DNA from: Octopus bimaculoides
Lineage: Eukaryota
Reading direction: 5' to 3'
NCBI RefSeq assembly: GCF_001194135.2
Contig: NC_068984.1
Coordinates: 21,027,962 to 21,068,827 of the forward strand
DNA length: 40,866 bases
Within the stretch, counting starts at the first letter, position 1. Every line of letters begins with the position of its first letter. A model generated the notes under the pieces. The model was not told the origin of the DNA. It did no database searches and saw nothing but the letters and a program-made list of their open reading frames with translations. The position numbers and the translations under genes were made by a program. Positions 23,241 through 34,929 of this stretch are shown in pieces.

Positions 23241-23340
23241 CACAAGGGGTGTATGAAAAGTCTTGAGCCTCTAAAAAACAAAACATGGTGCAAGACTTCT
23301 GATGAAGGTACAAGACTTGAAGGCTCAAAACTTTTCATAC
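23241..23340. mobile_element. Mariner/Tc1-type MITE remnant
   Basis: 20-bp inverted repeat with 1 mismatch: GTATGAAAAGTCTTGAGCCT (23251-23270) and AGGCTCAAAACTTTTCATAC (23321-23340). The left end TA-CACAAGGGGTG resembles mariner TIR starts. Confidence 0.6.
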
Positions 23341-23409
23341 AGTATAGATAATATACTGTTCCGTGATAGAAAATTCAACAAAAAAAACCACCCCGTCTGG
23401 TGAGTGATA

Positions 23410-23622
23410 AATATTCTTCTCTAGGTACAAAGCCGGAAATTTTGGTGGAGGCGGGAGTCGATTAGATCGACCCCAGTATGAACTGGTTCTTAATTTATTG
23501 ACCCCGAAAGAATGAAAGCCAAAGTTGACCTCGGCGGAATTTGAACTCAGAACGTAAAGACCGACGAAATACCTCTAAGCATTTCACCCGGCGTGCTAAC
23601 ATCTCTGCTAGCTCTCCGACTT
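23410..23622 (-). mobile_element. SINE family C (~215 bp)
   Basis: rc: GAGCTAGCAGAGATGTTAGCACGCCGGGTGAAATGCTTAG..TTTCGTC..GAGTTCAAATTCCGCCGAGGTC..CTTTCATTCTTTCGGGGTC..GGGGTCGATCTAATCGAC. Matches 26814, 33871, 34136 and 39457. Confidence 0.88.
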
Positions 23623-23899
23623 GTAAGAGATAAATATTATTTATTTAAAGGTCACAATACATGTATTAAAGCATTACTAATAGTTTCATATATTGAGAAA
23701 ACTCAAACATTTTCTTCAGGCACAAACCACATATCATAACGAACTAAAAACAAATTGAATTATAGAAGAAACGCGAAAAAACGCAGAAAGTAAACAACAG
23801 AAAACGAAAACTGGAAAACGAAAGCACACAAAAACAAAAAAAAAAAACAAACTAAAATGTGAAAAATAAAAGGTGAAAAGGTAAAGGACTATCCCCCTT

Positions 23900-25055
23900 A
23901 GACCTTAAATGATAAGGTTGGAAAGATATCAAGTCAGTCAGGAATAGGCGGAATTTTCCAACTATTCAAAATATATTTATACTTATGCATGCAACTACTG
24001 AAATTTCTGACCTGGTGTTTAATAGAGAGTTAGGTATCTTAGATCTGAACGGGATCTGCGTTCATTTCAGCCAAAGTCGACATTTATTCGATCCATTCAC
24101 ATAAGGATTTGATTTCTCAATTATTTCCATTTAACCACATGCGGTGTTTCGTTATCTTTCAAAGCCCATACGTAGCTAACCAACTTAGTACATTACTTTT
24201 GTCCTTATGCCGGAAGGAGTCTATGTGATTGGTATAGCGATTTTTAAATTCTTCTTCATATAATCCAATATAGGTCTTCTTATCAGTTGTATTATTATTT
24301 AGGGCTGCCGTAACTTCTGCCTCATATATGATAGATTTAGTCATACATCGTTGGTCAAGTGGACAAGATCATGGGTCGCGACAGTTGCAACTAGACGTAG
24401 GCTTTTGGTATTGACTACGTGTAATAATACTCTTCATATTGGGGCAGCGACTATATGATAATTTCACAGAAATTAAATATTTTCCTCTATCTGTGAGTTG
24501 CTGCAAAGTGTTTGTCTAGGAGAGACAGGAATCTTTTACCAATGTTAGTTTTTATATTAAAGGAAAAGGGAGGGGTAAACCAAATAATTTTCCTTGGTTA
24601 TTTTTAGGTTTCTCATTATTCTTATTCTTATTACTACTAGAGTGGTTATGTATTGCCTTATCTTTGATGCCATTAGATCTATTATTAATATTTTGATTAT
24701 TATTAGAGGGATTATATTAATTTATCTTTGAAGCCACTATTGGCTAGGGCCATGTTATAATAGGGGGCAGCTTTTTCGGAAATTTCTTTAGAAGAAGAGT
24801 GGTTAGACACTGTTACTAATATTAGCTATCAGGTTTTTAAATATTACAGGAGGATGACAAGACTGCTTATGTATATATGCGAGTTTCTCATTAGATTTAT
24901 GGAAAGGTTTATACTAGGAGTTTAGATCTAGGGAAACATCTGAATAATCAACTATAGAGAGATTAGTAGCTACTGTAATTTTAAGTCCTAATTTATTAAA
25001 GGTAGAAATAAGTTGCTTTCTAAATCTATCAAGGGTGTGAACATCACACCCATGA
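23900..25055 (-). mobile_element. Penelope-like element, 5'-truncated (RT thumb, linker, GIY-YIG endonuclease)
   Basis: LKITVATNLSIVDYSDVSLDL; YIHKQSCHPP..SSKEI.EKAAPYYNMAL..SGF; [26 protein letters not shown]; CNCR..CPL..C.TKSIIYEAEV..KTYIGL (YIG at 24264-24272)..FKNRY.NH; LLNTRSEI..C.HK.K. The AT-rich 3' flank may extend to about 23640. Confidence 0.92.
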
Positions 25056-26813
25056 GAAATACCTATATATATATATGAGGCCGGATGTGTGTACTAAGCA
25101 GTGCGTGATCTCCGTGAAACCTGATTCTATGACCCAGTTATTTAAAATATTTGTCGGAGTCACTTCCTGCTAAGAAGTTTGGTAATGCCATCGAGAGACT
25201 TCTCTGGACATTGCAACTAACTATCAATCACTTTCTGTTGAAAATATGACGACATATAAGCCAAGAAGGGAGCCTCTTCGAGTTCAGGCAACTTGCCACA
25301 GTTAGCAGTCAAATACCCATTAATCCATACTTGGTACAATGTTATCCGGGATATACTATTCCAGAAGAACAGATCGTATGGTTATATAGCTGTACTGATC
25401 TTTTATCATAGACCTGTCTGTTCTGTTAAGGTTGACTTGGGGTTGAACAGTAGCAACAACAAAAACAACAGTAACGTCGATGACATACATTTAGTTAAGA
25501 AAGCATTAGTTTGTTTCGTTATTTCTGTTCTTGTTTAACAGACTCTTCTTATTCATCACCCCGACTCCTTTTTTTCTTCTTCTTTTATTTCATTTCTTCA
25601 TTCTTTGATATATTTTCTTCTTTCCTCCTTTTTTTTCGTCTTTCTTTCTGTCTTGCCAACTTTTTTCCTCTTTTCTTTCGTTCCATCTGTACATTTTTTT
25701 ATATTTCTTTATTAAGGAAAAAAAAAAAAGGAATAACAGAAAAAATATATATAAAAAAGCATATATTTTTTTCTCATTTTTTTCTTCTTCTTTTTCTCTA
25801 CATTCTTTCTTCTTCTCTTTCAATCTCTTTTTCTCCAGCTTTCGCTCATACCTTACTCTCAATCTCTCTCTCATCTCCGTCTTTTCTTCTTTTCCTTACC
25901 TTACTGACCGGAGATTTCCTTATATGGCCATGTCCATCGTGTGCGGTGAAGTCAGCCACAGCTAAGCNNNNNNNNNNNNNNNNNNNNNNNNNNNNNNNNN
26001 NNNNNNNNNNNNNNNNNNNNNNNNNNNNNNNNNNNNNNNNNNNNNNNNNNNNNNNNNNNNNNNNNNNNNNNNNNNNNNNNNNNNNNNNNNNNNNNNNNNN
26101 NNNNNNNNNNNNNNNNNNNNNNNNNNNNNNNNNNNNNNNNNNNNNNNNNNNNNNNNNNNNNNNNNNNNNNNNNNNNNNNNNNNNNNNNNNNNNNNNNNNN
26201 NNNNNNNNNNNNNNNNNNNNNNNNNNNNNNNNNNNNNNNNNNNNNNNNNNNNNNNNNNNNNNNNNNNNNNNNNNNNNNNNNNNNNNNNNNNNNNNNNNNN
26301 NNNNNNNNNNNNNNNNNNNNNNNNNNNNNNNNNNNNNNNNNNNNNNNNNNNNNNNNNNNNNNNNNNNNNNNNNNNNNNNNNNNNNNNNNNNNNNNNNNNN
26401 NNNNNNNNNNNNNNNNNNNNNNNNNNNNNNNNNNNNNNNNNNNNNNNNNNNNNNNNNNNNNNNNNNNNNNNNNNNNNNNNNNNNNNNNNNNNNNNNNNNN
26501 NNNNNNNNNNNNNNNNNNNNNNNNNNNNNNNNNNNNNNNNNNNNNNNNNNNNNNNNNNNNNNNNNNNNNNNNNNNNNNNNNNNNNNNNNNNNNNNNNNNN
26601 NNNNNNNNNNNNNNNNNNNNNNNNNNNNNNNNNNNNNNNNNNNNNNNNNNNNNNNNNNNNNNNNNNNNNNNNNNNNNNNNNNNNNNNNNNNNNNNNNNNN
26701 NNNNNNNNNNNNNNNNNNNNNNNNNNNNNNNNNNNNNNNNNNNNNNNNNNNNNNNNNNNNNNNNNNNNNNNNNNNNNNNNNNNNNNNNNNNNNNCTTTGT
26801 TAATATTATTATA

Positions 26814-26925
26814 AAGGCTGTAAGCTGGCAGAACCGGAACAAAATGCTTAGGCTCTTTACATTTCTTCCGGCTCTTTACTATCTGTCTTCAAATCCCACC
26901 GACGTCTTCTATGCCTTTCTTTATT

Positions 26926-26965
<40 letters not shown>

Positions 26966-27067
26966 TCAGGCTCGTTAAAATAGGTACCAGTTCAGCACTA
27001 GGATCGATGTAACTGACTAACCCCCTTCGCCTAAAATTCGGGCTTTGTGCCTATAGCAAGAAGGATT
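26814..27067 (+). mobile_element. SINE family C with internal (TTTC)n expansion at 26924-26967
   Basis: The head AAGGC..AGCTGGCAGAA and tail GTACCAGTT.AGCACT.GG.TCGAT..GGGCTTTGTGCC match the other copies. Confidence 0.8.
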
Positions 27068-28407
27068 GTTGTTGTTGCTGTTGTGTTTACCGCGTTACGG
27101 ACGTGTTACAAAACCCTCTCAGTTTGTAGTATTTTCTTTTTTACCAAGTACAACCGAAGAAGTCAGTTGCCTAAGAATCATAACCTAGGGAAAATATTCC
27201 ATTTTTGGATAATTTTCGACATGGAACCCCCTTGAATGTGTTGGTCGTCACTTCCCCACCCCCAGCCCATTAACAAACAAAGCTAGTTAATTTTTGAAAT
27301 AATTGCTCACCGCTCCTATTTTGTTCACAATATAGAAAAGATGGTTTCTCGTCTAGGAAGCTTAGAAATTAAAAGTGAGCTTTGAAAGTGACAACACGGT
27401 GAACAAACGACCTAAAAGATAACAACAAAAAAGAAACCCCTCCAATAAAATAAGAGAACTAATTCATTTTCACAAATCTCGTATGTTGCACGTGAAAAGA
27501 GAATGACATTTTTTACGTTTACAAAATGTCAATTTGAACAATTTGTACGCCAGTAACAACAACAACAAACACACACACATGCGCACGCACACCCACCCAC
27601 CCATACACACATAGATACAGGTACACACACGCACGCACATACGCGCACGCGCGCACACACACACACATACACAGACACACACACGCACACACTCATAGAC
27701 ATACTACTTTTTAACAAAGGAAGAAACTTAACCAAATTCAATTGGCGAAAGTAGCAACGCAGATTGGATTAACAGCTCTTTTGCTATTGCTGCCAGTTAT
27801 AAATAATAAGTAGGTTTTTGTGACCCAGCGGAGAAACAACCACTTGGCAAATATACGTATTCAAAGAAAGCGCCTCTCTTCCCGCTTTGGATTTTTTTCC
27901 GTGTTCAACTAAAGATAGTGGTAGTTGTCAAATAAGNNNNNNNNNNNNNNNNNNNNNNNNNNNNNNNNNNNNNNNNNNNNNNNNNNNNNNNNNNNNNNNN
28001 NNNNNNNNNNNNNNNNNNNNNNNNNNNNNNNNNNNNNNNNNNNNNNNNNNNNNNNNNNNNNNNNNNNNNNNNNNNNNNNNNNNNNNNNNNNNNNNNNNNN
28101 NNNNNNNNNNNNNNNNNNNNNNNNNNNNNNNNNNNNNNNNNNNNNNNNNNNNNNNNNNNNNNNNNNNNNNNNNNNNNNNNNNNNNNNNNNNNNNNNNNNN
28201 NNNNNNNNNNNNNNNNNNNNNNNNNNNNNNNNNNNNNNNNNNNNNNNNNNNNNNNNNNNNNNNNNNNNNNNNNNNNNNNNNNNNNNNNNNNNNNNNNNNN
28301 NNNNNNNNNNNNNNNNNNNNNNNNNNNNNNNNNNNNNNNNNNNNNNNNNNNNNNNNNNNNNNNNNNNNNNNNNNNNNNNNNNNNNNNNNNNNNNNNNNNN
28401 NNNNNNN

Positions 28408-28480
28408 ACTTGTTTCCGTCATTAGACTGCAGCCGTGCAGAGGCACTGCCTGGAATTTTTAGTCAAATAAATTGAAAAGG
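28408..28480 (-). mobile_element. SINE family A 3' tail
   Basis: rc ...AGGCAGTGCCTCTGCACGGCTGCAGTCTAATGACGGAAACAAGT matches the tails at 8030-8090 and 29850-29904. Confidence 0.7.
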
Positions 28481-28645
28481 TGCTACTTTTCAATCCAATT
28501 TTATTCCAATTTATTTCATATTTGGTGTAATAATGTAGTTTCGTATGGTAATTATTATTATGAAATTCATTTTCACCATAATTTTTAAAGATTGCAAATT
28601 TTGGGTAATTTTAGCCAATCAAAAGCCACAGACATATAGGTGCCT

Positions 28646-28659
28646 GTTTCCATAGTAAC
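28646..28659. promoter_or_regulatory. RFX X-box consensus match with nearby CCAAT box (28615-28619)
   Basis: GTTTCCATAGTAAC fits GTYNCY-AT-RGNAAC. This is a motif match only, with no functional evidence. Confidence 0.3.
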
Positions 28660-28961
28660 AAGCGAAGCTGTTACTAAGCTGCTTATCCCTCTGTTGCTCT
28701 CCTGTCCACCATGTGGTCACTTTCGCTTATTAAATGCTTAAAACACATGAGGTATGAGGTGATCGTGAGATGTGCCAAAACTAATAGGTACCTAGGCCTT
28801 GAATAACGGACCATTTTGTTTTACTACTATTTTTCAATAATCGTATGAATTCCGTGTATAGAATAAAAATTCGCATAAATCTTCTGAAAATTCCCTCAAA
28901 TAAAAAAGTTATGAGGGGTTGTATGATGTGCGAAAAGTAGAACTCTACTAATATTTCCTTT

Positions 28962-29141
28962 GTGGCTGTGTGGTAAGTAGCTTGCTTACCAACCACATGG
29001 TTCTGGATTCAGTCCCACTGTGTGGCACCTTGGGCAAGTGTCTTCTACTATAGCCTCGGGTCGACCAAAACCTTGTGAGTGGATTTGGTAGACGGAAACT
29101 GAAAGAAGCCCGTCGTATATATATATATATATATATATATA
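28962..29141 (+). mobile_element. SINE family A head and central part plus (TA)n
   Basis: A box GTGGCTGTGTGGT, B box GATTCAGTCCC and ACCTTGGGCAAGT (29027-29039); nearly identical to 4614-4783. Confidence 0.9.
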
Positions 29142-29614
29142 NNNNNNNNNNNNNNNNNNNNNNNNNNNNNNNNNNNNNNNNNNNNNNNNNNNNNNNNNNN
29201 NNNNNNNNNNNNNNNNNNNNNNNNNNNNNNNNNNNNNNNNNNNNNNNNNNNNNNNNNNNNNNNNNNNNNNNNNNNNNNNNNNNNNNNNNNNNNNNNNNNN
29301 NNNNNNNNNNNNNNNNNNNNNNNNNNNNNNNNNNNNNNNNNNNNNNNNNNNNNNNNNNNNNNNNNNNNNNNNNNNNNNNNNNNNNNNNNNNNNNNNNNNN
29401 NNNNNNNNNNNNNNNNNNNNNNNNNNNNNNNNNNNNNNNNNNNNNNNNNNNNNNNNNNNNNNNNNNNNNNNNNNNNNNNNNNNNNNNNNNNNNNNNNNNN
29501 NNNNNNNNNNNNNNNNNNNNNNNNNNNNNNNNNNNNNNNNNNNNNNNNNNNNNNNNNNNNNNNNNNNNNNNNNNNNNNNNNNNNNNNNNNNNNNNNNNNN
29601 NNNNNNATATATAT

Positions 29615-29904
29615 TATAGCCTGAGGTCGACCAAAGCCTTGTGAGTAGATTTCGTACACGGAAAATGAAAGACGACTGTCGTATATATGTGTATATTTGT
29701 GTGTGTCTGTGTCTGAGTTTGTACCTTCACCATTGCTTGACAACCGATGATGCTGTAGTAATGTTCCCATTACTTAGCTGTTCGGCAAAATACTAGAATA
29801 AGTACTGGGCTTAACAATAAATTAATCCTGTGGTCGATATGGTCGACCAACAGCGGTGCTCCAGCGTGGCTGCAGTCACATGACTAAAACAAGACAAGTA
29901 AAAC
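29615..29904 (+). mobile_element. SINE family A central part, short TA/TG tract and complete 3' tail
   Basis: TATAGCCTGAGGTCGACCAAAGCCTTGTGAG...GTCGTATATATGTG...CCATTGCTTGACAACCGATG..TTCGGCAAAA..AGAATAAGTACT..GCGGTGCTCCAGCGTGGCTGCAGTC..TGACTAAAACAAG. Confidence 0.85.
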
Positions 29905-29954
29905 AATAACAAAACTATGCGATTTTAATCCCGAGCAAGGCCGGGTGTCTCTGC

Positions 29955-29957
<3 letters not shown>
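29905..29957 (+). mobile_element. Helitron 3' terminus
   Basis: GC-rich hairpin CCCG-AGCAAGGC-CGGG (29930-29945), 8-nt spacer, CTAG (29954-29957) followed by T. This is the canonical Helitron end. Confidence 0.75.

Positions 29958-29993
<36 letters not shown>

Positions 29994-30035
<42 letters not shown>
29994..30035. repeat. (AGAT)n microsatellite
   Basis: Direct observation. Confidence 0.97.
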
Positions 30036-30036
<1 letters not shown>

Positions 30037-30334
30037 CAATAAATCATAAATCCGAAAGAGAAGCACACTAAGTTATAGAACATTAGAGTAATAATTCGAT
30101 ATAGTTATGGCCTGTCTATAGAGTAACCACATAGACCGGCCATAGCTATCTTTATCTAATTATGTGTGTGTGTTTGTCTAGTTGCGCGCGCGCTTGCATG
30201 TATCCTAGATATGTACATATATGTGTGTGTGTCTGGGGTGGGTGCACCACCAATGATCTAATCTGTTCACAGAAACGTGTAAGGTAACCAGTCATTGTCC
30301 CTTTTAGGACAACAAAACTCAGTCTATCCGTTTC

Positions 30335-30580
30335 TGTTTCTGTCTGTCTGTATCTGTCTGTCTGTCTGTCTGTATCTGTCTGTCTGTCTGTCTGTATCTG
30401 TCTGTCTGTCTGTATCTGTCTATCTGTCTATCTGTCTGTATCTGTCTGTCTGTCTGTCTGTCCGTCTGTATCTGTCTGTCTGTATCTGTCTGTCTGTCTG
30501 TCTGTCTGTCTGTATCTGTCTGTCTGTATCTGTCTGTCTGTCTGTCTGTCTGTATCTGTCTGTATCTGTCTGTCTGTCTC
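30335..30580. repeat. (TCTG)n array with recurrent TCTGTA interruptions
   Basis: Direct observation. Confidence 0.95.
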
Positions 30581-30764
30581 TCTTTCTCTCCCTCTTTCTT
30601 TCCCTCTCTCGTGCGCGCTATCATACTCATTCTCAGACTACAAGCATTAGCCGGAAACAGATATTTTACTTCTCATGGCAATTGAATTTATTGAATTTTT
30701 CAATGAACTGTCTTATGTCGCACACGCATAGACTCTAACGCAGACACAGCAGAATAGGACACGT

Positions 30765-30796
<32 letters not shown>

Positions 30797-32394
30797 ACAC
30801 GCGTGCACACACTCAAACACATACTCAACTCCACACACAGTCATCCCCACCCATTCACCCCCACTCATCCCCGCGCACACTCAAACACACACACACACAC
30901 ACACACACACCAATACATACATTATCACTTACATTACACACTATCACAGGCACACACACACACACACATCCGAACACCCATCCACAAACGCACGGTCACT
31001 CACATACACGTATACACATACATACTTGCACAAAAATGCGCATATATCCACACGCGCAAAGCGCCACCCGAATACCCTGTCACAAACATATGGTCTCTCA
31101 AATATACATACATACACACACATGCATGCATACACATACATGTACACGCTCGCGCGCCAGAGCAAACGCAAAGATCATCTCATATTATTCATCAAAACAT
31201 TTTATTTTCTCTTGTTTTGTTTTGCCCACAACCACATAGATGTTTGTCCATAAAAATCTATATCATTCAAGCGTGTCTCGTGAATTTCTAACAAAGGAGA
31301 GACGATAGCAGAAGTAGGGTAGGAAGGGGTGTAGTAGTAGTAGTATATGGAGGAGGAGGAGGAGGAGGAGGAGGGAGACATGCACCAGTTCACATGTTTT
31401 TGAAGTCATTCATAAAATTCGCCTTCTCCGCATCGCCAAAATTTCAGTTGTCTGTTATGGAACACAACAAAGACTAGACTAATCGCTCACTTAGCGCGCT
31501 TTCTTGTTTTCCTGGAAGAAGAGAAGAGTTTGTTTTATCGATTAGTTACATTTTTATTTTAGTGTTTTTATTTTAGTGTTTGCTTGTTCGTTCGTTTACA
31601 TTTTTTTCTTTGATTTTACTTTTGAATGGTTATTTTTATTTGATCTCACTTTTTATGTTATTTAAAAATTTTCGCTAAATTTTTTATGCAACCGGAAATT
31701 GCAGTTGTTTGTTTCTTGGTTGTTTATAGTGATTTATTTATTTATATTGTTGTTGTCGTAGTCGTGTTTGTTGTATCTATCGTCTCGTCGTCTTGTTTTT
31801 ATTTTTGTTGCTGTATTATTTGTCTATTGTTCTTTCTGAAGTCGTTTGGGTAGGCAGTGAGTTTAACAAGAACTGGTACAGCAACAAACAGACGTTAGCT
31901 AAACGTGTTTGCAACGTTTGCTCCCGTCTCCGCTATCATTTCTCTATTCCGAGTTCAAATTCAGCTGGATGTAGACTTCAAAGTTACATCCCAATGGAGC
32001 ACCAAACGTATTGTTTAGACGATGACAGCAACATCCGGAACAACAAGAGCGACAACAAGAATATGGGAATCATGTTCTTTACACATATCGCTATTACCAA
32101 TGTAGTTGGTGTTAGATGTTGTTGTTAATGATATCATCGTTATTACTGTTTCGCCATTGTTAATCATATTGTGAATGTTGTCATTCTTATCCTTAATGTT
32201 GTTTCGACACTACCATTCATGTTGTTAATGTTGTCGCTTTTGTCATCGTAATTATTGTCGCTTCCACATTACCGTTCTTGGTCATGCTAATTGTTTGGTC
32301 CCTTTTCTACAGCCAATGCCGCTGAAATTATTGCAGCAGAAGCAGCAGCAGTAGTATTTGTTGTTGTTGTTGATGTTGTTTTTGTGCAAATTGT

Positions 32395-32640
32395 TTTGTC
32401 CCGGGTCGGTCCCTATTGAGTAGATCAATGGCGATCAGTCATCTTAATCTCGTTTCTTTGTTTTTTCTTTGTCCCTTCTGTCAGACATATTATATCTAAA
32501 ACTACATTATTCAATATACATTTTCATTTTTTTTTTTTAAGATGCTAGAATATGATTATTTTAGTTTTTATTTCTTAACAAGCCAAGCGACCACGTAGTG
32601 GTATTCTCGTTGGATCAGTCTTGTTGTTCTTGTTGCCTAA
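32395..32640 (+). mobile_element. SINE-like repeat family D (degenerate)
   Basis: TTGTTTTGTCCCGGGTCGGTCCCTATTGAGTAGATC...TATTTCTTAACAAGCCAAGCGACCACGTAG..TCGTTGG. Confidence 0.45.
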
Positions 32641-33152
32641 TCCTAGTTAGCCATGATTGCAATTTTTTTAAAAGACAATAGGGCGCAGTTTGAGAGGAAA
32701 TATTAGCTGTTATTTCTGCTAGATGGGGCAACTACACAAAAACCTCCTTCCCCCTCAGGACTTCGGTGTTACAGCCCCTGCTACTGCTGCTGCTGATGTT
32801 GCTGTTGGTGTTGTTGGTGCTGCTGCTGTTGTTGCCGCTTTTCTGGCTGTTGCTGTTTTTGTTAGTAATAATGTTGTCACCATCCATTCATTGTTTTGTA
32901 GAATGGCTTAACCCTTGGCGTTGAACTTTTGAATCCCTTACTGAATCCTTTCCCCCGCTTCATTCTCTGTAAGGTTTACTTTTTTTATGTTTTATCATTT
33001 TTATTTTTATTTCCTTTAGTTGGGAATTCATCCGACTTGGAACAGGAGAGGCGTAAGCAATCCCGTTGCAGTGTAAGCTCAATGGGAAGATTGGTGGGGT
33101 TGAAGCGATGATAGATGGGAAAACGGGTGGGGAAAATGAGGGAGTGTTACAT

Positions 33153-33200
<48 letters not shown>

Positions 33201-33870
33201 AGAGTGAGGGAGGGAGAAATATGTACAGAATTGGCGTGAGGGAATGAAAGGAAATGAGAGAGTGTGAGCGAGAGATTGAGTGGAGACAAAACTACTGAGT
33301 CAGAACATTTTAATATGCCTTTATAGGAGTTTTTTTCTCCATCTTTCACCTTCTTATCTTCTTCTCCTTATCTTCTTTCAGGTTGAGAGAAAGGCAGGCA
33401 GACAGACCGACGAGCCAACAGNNNNNNNNNNNNNNNNNNNNNNNNNNNNNNNNNNNNNNNNNNNNNNNNNNNNNNNNNNNNNNNNNNNNNNNNNNNNNNN
33501 NNNNNNNNNNNNNNNNNNNNNNNNNNNNNNNNNNNNNNNNNNNNNNNNNNNNNNNNNNNNNNNNNNNNNNNNNNNNNNNNNNNNNNNNNNNNNNNNNNNN
33601 NNNNNNNNNNNNNNNNNNNNNNNNNNNNNNNNNNNNNNNNNNNNNNNNNNNNNNNNNNNNNNNNNNNNNNNNNNNNNNNNNNNNNNNNNNNNNNNNNNNN
33701 NNNNNNNNNNNNNNNNNNNNNNNNNNNNNNNNNNNNNNNNNNNNNNNNNNNNNNNNNNNNNNNNNNNNNNNNNNNNNNNNNNNNNNNNNNNNNNNNNNNN
33801 NNNNNNNNNNNNNNNNNNNNNNNNNNNNNNNNNNNNNNNNNNNNNNNNNNNNNNNNNNNNNNNNTATTAT

Positions 33871-34075
33871 GAGGTGGCAGAATTGTTAGCATGCGAGGTA
33901 AAATGCTTAACGGCATTTCGTCCGTCTCTATGTTCTGAATTCAAATGTCTCCGAGGTTCATTTTGCCTTTCATCCTTTCGTGGTCAATAACATAAGTACC
34001 AGTTGAGCACTGGAGTCAATGTAATCGACTAATCCCCTCTCCGACCTTGCTGGCCTTGTGCCAAAATTTGAAACC

Positions 34076-34137
<62 letters not shown>

Positions 34138-34413
34138 GGCGATGAGCTGGCAGAATCATTAGAACGTCGGGCAAAATGCTTAGCGGCATTTCGTCCGTCT
34201 TTATGTTCTGATTTCAAATTACGCCGAGGTTCACTTTGCCTTTCATCCTTTCAGAGTCGACAAAATAAGTTGAACGCTGGGGTTGATGTAATCGACCTAA
34301 CCCTCCTCCAAACTTGCTGGCTTTGTGTCAAAATTTGAAGCTGTTATTATTATTATTATTATTATTATAATTATTATCATTATCATCATCATCATCATCT
34401 TCATCATTATTAT
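33871..34413 (+). mobile_element. Head-to-tail dimer of SINE family C, each copy with an (ATT)n tail
   Basis: Copy 1 at 33871-34075 with (ATT)n at 34077-34135. Copy 2 at 34136-34342 with (ATT)n/(ATC)n to about 34413. Confidence 0.9.
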
Positions 34414-34741
34414 TACGAGCATTTAACTCCAACTATGAAACTGACTCCCCACCAATAAAAACGACAACTATGCAGTCATCAACCAATAAAACGAAAAGCA
34501 TTGACAACTCTACTACGAACACGGCCACCAACAACGCCATCACCTCTACCACAATTAATACAAGAAAAATATGACAGAAGTGGTTGGGGAACAACCGCGA
34601 CAACACAAATGGTAACAACAATATCACGTGAATAGCAACAACAGCATCAACGGTAGCAGGTTTGCAGCAACAAACGATATGTCTGACCCAAGTGACCAAA
34701 TTGATAGACTTGAAAAATAATGGCCCGACTCTGCGCAGCTG

Positions 34742-34865
<124 letters not shown>

Positions 34866-34929
34866 ATGCACGCACAAAATATATAAATGTATTTCCATAA
34901 ACACAAAACAACCGGAGACAGCGAATCAA

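Larger units (their letters stand above)
739..33864. other. Eleven assembly gaps (N runs) within this span
   Basis: N at 739-952, 4247-4577, 7669-7996, 9091-9517, 11946-12098, 14603-15407, 15852-15894, 25968-26794, 27937-28407, 29142-29606 and 33422-33864. Most are flanked by microsatellites. Confidence 0.98.

Noticed and set aside
23298-23325. CTGATGA...GAAG hammerhead-like string (other CTGATGA hits at about 14066, 17703 and 17931)
   Set aside because: No complete GAAA/stem III/stem I arrangement. The hits lie inside MITE or LINE coding sequence.
25085-25130. Possible inverted pLTR or hammerhead next to the Penelope 5' truncation (CTAAGCA...GAAAC)
   Set aside because: The CUGANGA core is not matched and the stems are weak.
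31300-31800. Promoter or 5'-UTR-like unique region ((GGA)n, ETS-like ACCGGAAAT at 31691)
   Set aside because: Only short motif matches, with no associated coding exon in the window.
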